Positions 17,501 to 20,000 of a stretch of 20,000 nucleotides of DNA are shown piece by piece (the stretch's first letter is position 1; each line of letters begins with the position of its first letter). The notes beneath the pieces were generated by a model. That model was not told the origin of the DNA, ran no database searches, and worked only from the letters and a program-made list of their open reading frames with translations. A program made the position numbers and the translations under genes. Origin of the DNA: an uncultured virus (IMG/VR IMGVR_UViG_3300026081_000002) (taxonomy: Duplodnaviria; Heunggongvirae; Uroviricota; Caudoviricetes); the IMG/VR virus record IMGVR_UViG_3300026081_000002; one strand, written 5' to 3'.

Positions 17501-20000
17501 AGAACCAAGTACGTCCTAATGGTGGTATAGCAATAGGATCTTTAATCACAGTTGATTCCACATCAAATTTCAGTATAGGTATTAATCTCAAAAACACTGA
17601 AATGACAGTCAGAGATCCAAACATTATGTCCATTCAAGGTGGTAACGTAATAGTTGGTGCTGACTCTGATAAGTTTGAAGCTGGAGGATATGATGCTGAA
17701 GGTAACCTTTACGTTTCTGGTGACATAGTAATTGGAGGTAGATACTTAGCTGAAGGAGCTTCAGGATCAGCAACGACTGCTTCTCCATGGGATGATGATG
17801 GATCTATAGTCTCAACAAACTTAGGTGGTAGAAGTGTTGCAATTAATAAAACTACTGCACACCAAACATTTGAAGTACTTTCTCAAGCAGGTGCAACTCT
17901 TGCTATGGGACAGATCAAAACACCAGACGTTGCATTTCCTGGAGGAGTTGCTGTAGGTGATTCTGATCTGTTTGACTCTTCAAATACAAATAGAAGTTTA
18001 TTAAGTTATATACCTAAAGCTAGAGTATTAAGAGTTGGTAGTTTTACTAGAGCTCAGCTTCTTGACAGTAACGTAGGTTATGGATCTTACGTACTTGGTC
18101 CCGGTAACCTAGCTGCTGGAAAAGATCAGTTCGTACTTGGTAAAGACAACAGGTTTCATAGAGGTCACCCTTCTGAGGTTGACTCTTTTGGAAGTACATA
18201 CGACACTTACAATACCACTAAAGGTCAGAACAATATAATAATTGGTCACTCTAATATAGGTGACAGCGCAGAAGGCGCAGGTGATATTAATACTGGTTCG
18301 AACCATATTATACTCGGTTCAAGTAACAGAATATCTGGAAACGCAACAGATAATATAATAATTGGTAGAAATGCTACGATAGGTAGTGGACGAAGTAATA
18401 GAATTTATATTCATCACGCTTCTACTGCTTCTGATAGTTCTCTAAACAATACAAAAGTTACGATAGGTAAGTCTCATCCAACGGTACCGGCATCTGGACC
18501 AGATGCTTTTGGTAACTATGCTCTAGATATAAGAGGTGATATTCACTTAGACAGTGGATCAACTCTATTCATAGGTTCACAGACTATTAAACAACACGTC
18601 GGTATTGGACCTCCAGCAGACCAAGCAGATCCAAACATCGGCGGAGGACTAGGTGGTAGTTTAGGAGCTCTTGTCGGCACACCTGGATCTCCAGCTATAC
18701 AGTCAATTAGTACAAATAATGCTAATGAATTAGTTGTAACAACGACAACTGCACACGGATTTACTTCAGGTGACCCGAACTTAGCAATTGCTTTTACAGG
18801 TATTCACGGATCTGGCGAAAGCTCTAATGGTATAGACAGTATCAATAGTCCAAACTTTTACTTTCCAGTAGTTATTGATGCTAATTCATTTAGATTAATG
18901 CATGACTCTCCTGGTAACGTTACCGGAGAAGCTTTCGTTAGATTTAATCCGCCTGATGGAAGAGGACCTACACTAGTAGGAGATATTAACTTTATAAATG
19001 CAAACGCCGGAGGTCTTTTCGGTAGTATTGAGAAAAGATACTGGGAACCGCAAGTAGTTCTTCCAGATAACTTTGCTGTTGGTGGTGACTTAAGTGTTAG
19101 AGGTAAGTCTCTTAACTTAATAGCAGATTCTGCTGGATTAAGATTTACTGCAACTGGTAACACTGCAAATACTGCGTACTACAAATTTGATTCAAGCGGT
19201 CCAAGAATTAACAGAAGCACACTAGGACTAGGTGAATTAAGTCTAGACCAATACATTATGAGAACAGGCGAGAAAGGTGGTCTTATTCAACCACATGTTC
19301 TCAACACAGTTGATACTGACTATGTGCAAGCAAGAGTCAGTCTTGATGCTAACTTTGTAATAGGTGCACAAGAACTTTACTTCAAGCCTTCTGCTGGAAT
19401 GAAGCCAGTACAACTTGGTCTTCTACCTGGTGATGTTGGTGTCTCAAATGATCCGGCTGGAAATAAATTTGACTATGCTATGCATGTTGCAGCGCTGTCT
19501 GGTCAAGGTGCTATTAATATTCGCGACTCACTCAACTTAATCGGAGCTGGTGCCTTCACTGGAACAGGTGGAGTGAGATCACCTGTATCAATAAATGGTC
19601 AGCCGTTCCCAACAATGTCATACCTATCACAAACAGGTATGGTCGATCAGACTTACATTAACAGCTTAGTAAAGATTGACTCTGTTGCACTTTCTAATTT
19701 TATAGATGAAACTTATCTAAAAGGTATCATTGATAGTACATACATCATGTCTGCTGCTAATGACAGTACTGACTGGCAGAGACAGGGTGATAAACTATTC
19801 TTTGGAACTTTCCCGAATGTAGCAAACGTTCAGGTAGGTGTTGGTACGTCTAACCCAACGTCAAAGTTTGAGGTTGCAGGCCATATAAAAGGTGATAGCG
19901 CTACTTACACCGGTCCTTTTATTATCGAAGGAGAAAAAGTAACAAGAGACTCAGAGTATACCTTTACACTAGATAGAAGCTTTCTTGTAGAAAATCTTCA
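14512..20000 (+). CDS. Very large tail fiber/adhesin-like virion protein (over 1829 aa), 3'-truncated; not in the ORF track
   Basis: AGGA RBS and ATG at 14512; frame 1 read manually with no stop to base 20000. MAINDNQKLDWLWKKLG...WIPPQFGSTY...EWYFDYDAGVLNF; GNLQVEGTQTVVNSTVVTVNDKNLVL; 5-residue repeats; YadA-head-like SIGLG/SIAMG/SIAIG repeats; VTTTTAHGF..GD; VGVGTSNPTSKFEVAG. Confidence 0.85.
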   Translation, partial: MAINDNQKLDWLWKKLGYNVAKTDVNSQKNATNENIPSPLLMRGDNLWTDALFIPSTFPGASTRVVKIYDDSGNGASTVETTMDTTATSNRTWKTGVGDWIPPQFGSTYQVKVYLDVSGAAAPQSTGTQLFAAGSGNNDEWYFDYDAGVLNFIGDNLPGGMSGKVIYIVGAAYIGKKGNNFKVINADSAKIGHMFADSVDIHMADIVTAYIDSADIIHAFIDSARIDIARIDSGIITDLVATTGYISQLSADSANITNLTTSKLYAPLIQGPGEIIIDPLSYRESDGSGNITDSGRSGQLTILGNLQVEGTQTVVNSTVVTVNDKNLVLGDSSQSATMSDGGGIILDLGNDGTAEIVYRSVGDKWELNKPLHVGHLDADSANVRSFSSDSAVIERGHIKQFTADSGFLSRIDIDSGFANNFNIDSSKIQNATIEKILTVGGTGKFEFIDADSAHIRSLRVNNFKLLGVDSFRFLMIDSQGNMNTDNNFTANKTIANFYQGGMTINSQGAVTVGKSITLPTTTIDSSGITTPMINTDRMTLTSLQPGMILHGGAQDSFSMSNEITFKASPSNFTSVDGFNVSFEPVQDSGYYNFNVDQQTGRILGKGGLKIGRFNNDPVGQYIQNYPYNKGANTRTFFGIDLELDSGKLVSTAYRNIFKSPKSTSMPNTDSFDVIDVMSLEDSMLFQVKADGSINFSGNILKNGQIFSGGGIFTKDEPSGDAFYYPLPSILDPTLNPGVAQTKNMFGFGRVSLNSPEPKYNFSVDGTFASKGFIDSSKAEYVLVPGFENGGTVFADDSDKARMFFIPTSGMLRAGVQDSIGMNRANMGMFSIGLGYKPQALGKSSIAMGWGSKALGEHSIAIGHKNTTGNSVNTGGIVIGIENRLDSIAGQAQDAIGIGIVNRVKGDRAKIIGGNNMIAGQEAGIFGDQNVMGDSASTTSTGNAAGSYIIGNLNTVGKAGGAFVMGFSNTLTNNANASYTIGNNNIMDATGGITLGTQNQVRPNGGIAIGSLITVDSTSNFSIGINLKNTEMTVRDPNIMSIQGGNVIVGADSDKFEAGGYDAEGNLYVSGDIVIGGRYLAEGASGSATTASPWDDDGSIVSTNLGGRSVAINKTTAHQTFEVLSQAGATLAMGQIKTPDVAFPGGVAVGDSDLFDSSNTNRSLLSYIPKARVLRVGSFTRAQLLDSNVGYGSYVLGPGNLAAGKDQFVLGKDNRFHRGHPSEVDSFGSTYDTYNTTKGQNNIIIGHSNIGDSAEGAGDINTGSNHIILGSSNRISGNATDNIIIGRNATIGSGRSNRIYIHHASTASDSSLNNTKVTIGKSHPTVPASGPDAFGNYALDIRGDIHLDSGSTLFIGSQTIKQHVGIGPPADQADPNIGGGLGGSLGALVGTPGSPAIQSISTNNANELVVTTTTAHGFTSGDPNLAIAFTGIHGSGESSNGIDSINSPNFYFPVVIDANSFRLMHDSPGNVTGEAFVRFNPPDGRGPTLVGDINFINANAGGLFGSIEKRYWEPQVVLPDNFAVGGDLSVRGKSLNLIADSAGLRFTATGNTANTAYYKFDSSGPRINRSTLGLGELSLDQYIMRTGEKGGLIQPHVLNTVDTDYVQARVSLDANFVIGAQELYFKPSAGMKPVQLGLLPGDVGVSNDPAGNKFDYAMHVAALSGQGAINIRDSLNLIGAGAFTGTGGVRSPVSINGQPFPTMSYLSQTGMVDQTYINSLVKIDSVALSNFIDETYLKGIIDSTYIMSAANDSTDWQRQGDKLFFGTFPNVANVQVGVGTSNPTSKFEVAGHIKGDSATYTGPFIIEGEKVTRDSEYTFTLDRSFLVENL
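15067..15291 (+). repeat. 5-residue-period protein repeat, block 1
   Basis: ADSAK IGHMF ADSVD IHMAD IVTAY IDSAD IIHAF IDSAR IDIAR IDSGI ITDLV ATTGY ISQLS ADSAN ITNLT. Confidence 0.8.
15643..15822 (+). repeat. 5-residue-period protein repeat, block 2
   Basis: ADSAN VRSFS SDSAV IERGH IKQFT ADSGF LSRID IDSGF ANNFN IDSSK IQNAT IEKIL. Confidence 0.75.
16999..17580 (+). repeat. YadA-head-like (about 14 aa) beta-roll repeats
   Basis: SIGLGYKPQALGKS SIAMGWGSKALGEH SIAIGHKN..., continuing as hydrophobic-G-x-x-N units (GIVIGIEN, AIGIGIVN, SYIIGNLN, AFVMGFSN, GITLGTQN, GIAIG). Confidence 0.7.

Noticed and set aside
3442..19163. Other short track ORFs (3442, 3759, 8607, 12576, 12858, 14592, 15633, 16616, 16728, 17083, 17311, 18109, 18858)
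   Set aside because: All lie wholly within long, motif-bearing plus-strand CDSs, antisense or out of frame. Their Cys-rich look in places is a by-product of Thr/Ala codons on the coding strand.
4817..20000. DS enrichment as a DNA-level excess of GANTC (CcrM/HinfI-type) sites, since GAY-TCN contains GANTC
   Set aside because: About 14 of 47 DS in the last ORF use GAY-AGY, which is not GANTC, and the enrichment follows reading frame and protein domains. A frame-resolved GANTC count would settle it.
1..20000. CRISPR arrays, tRNA/rRNA genes, introns, inteins, transposases, reverse transcriptase
   Set aside because: The window is almost fully coding, the largest gap is 73 nt, and no such motifs or spaced repeats were seen.

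Overview
AT-rich, gene-dense, entirely plus-strand late/structural region of a T4-like (marine-type) tailed phage. Order: the 3' part of a large DUF4815/VrlC-like virion protein (open from base 1), three small-to-medium putative virion genes, then a roughly 4.8 kb cassette bracketed by two perfect T4-type late promoters (TATAAATA at 5833 and 10697). The cassette encodes a 37-aa Cys/His-rich metallothionein-like peptide missed by the ORF track, a hypothetical protein, and a coupled run of glycosyltransferase (GT)-methyltransferase (MT)-GT-MT-GT-GT genes. After it come a baseplate-type small protein, a short fiber-type protein, a 1014-aa PKD-like fiber protein and a fiber/adhesin ORF of over 1800 aa (14512 to beyond the window end) that is also absent from the track. 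The strongest signal is that several flanking virion proteins are heavily and directionally enriched in the dipeptide Asp-Ser (DS), encoded by both Ser codon families. This suggests a phage-encoded, sequon-directed virion O-glycosylation plus sugar-methylation system. That interpretation is inference; all counts are manual and all family calls are from motif recognition, not database searches.
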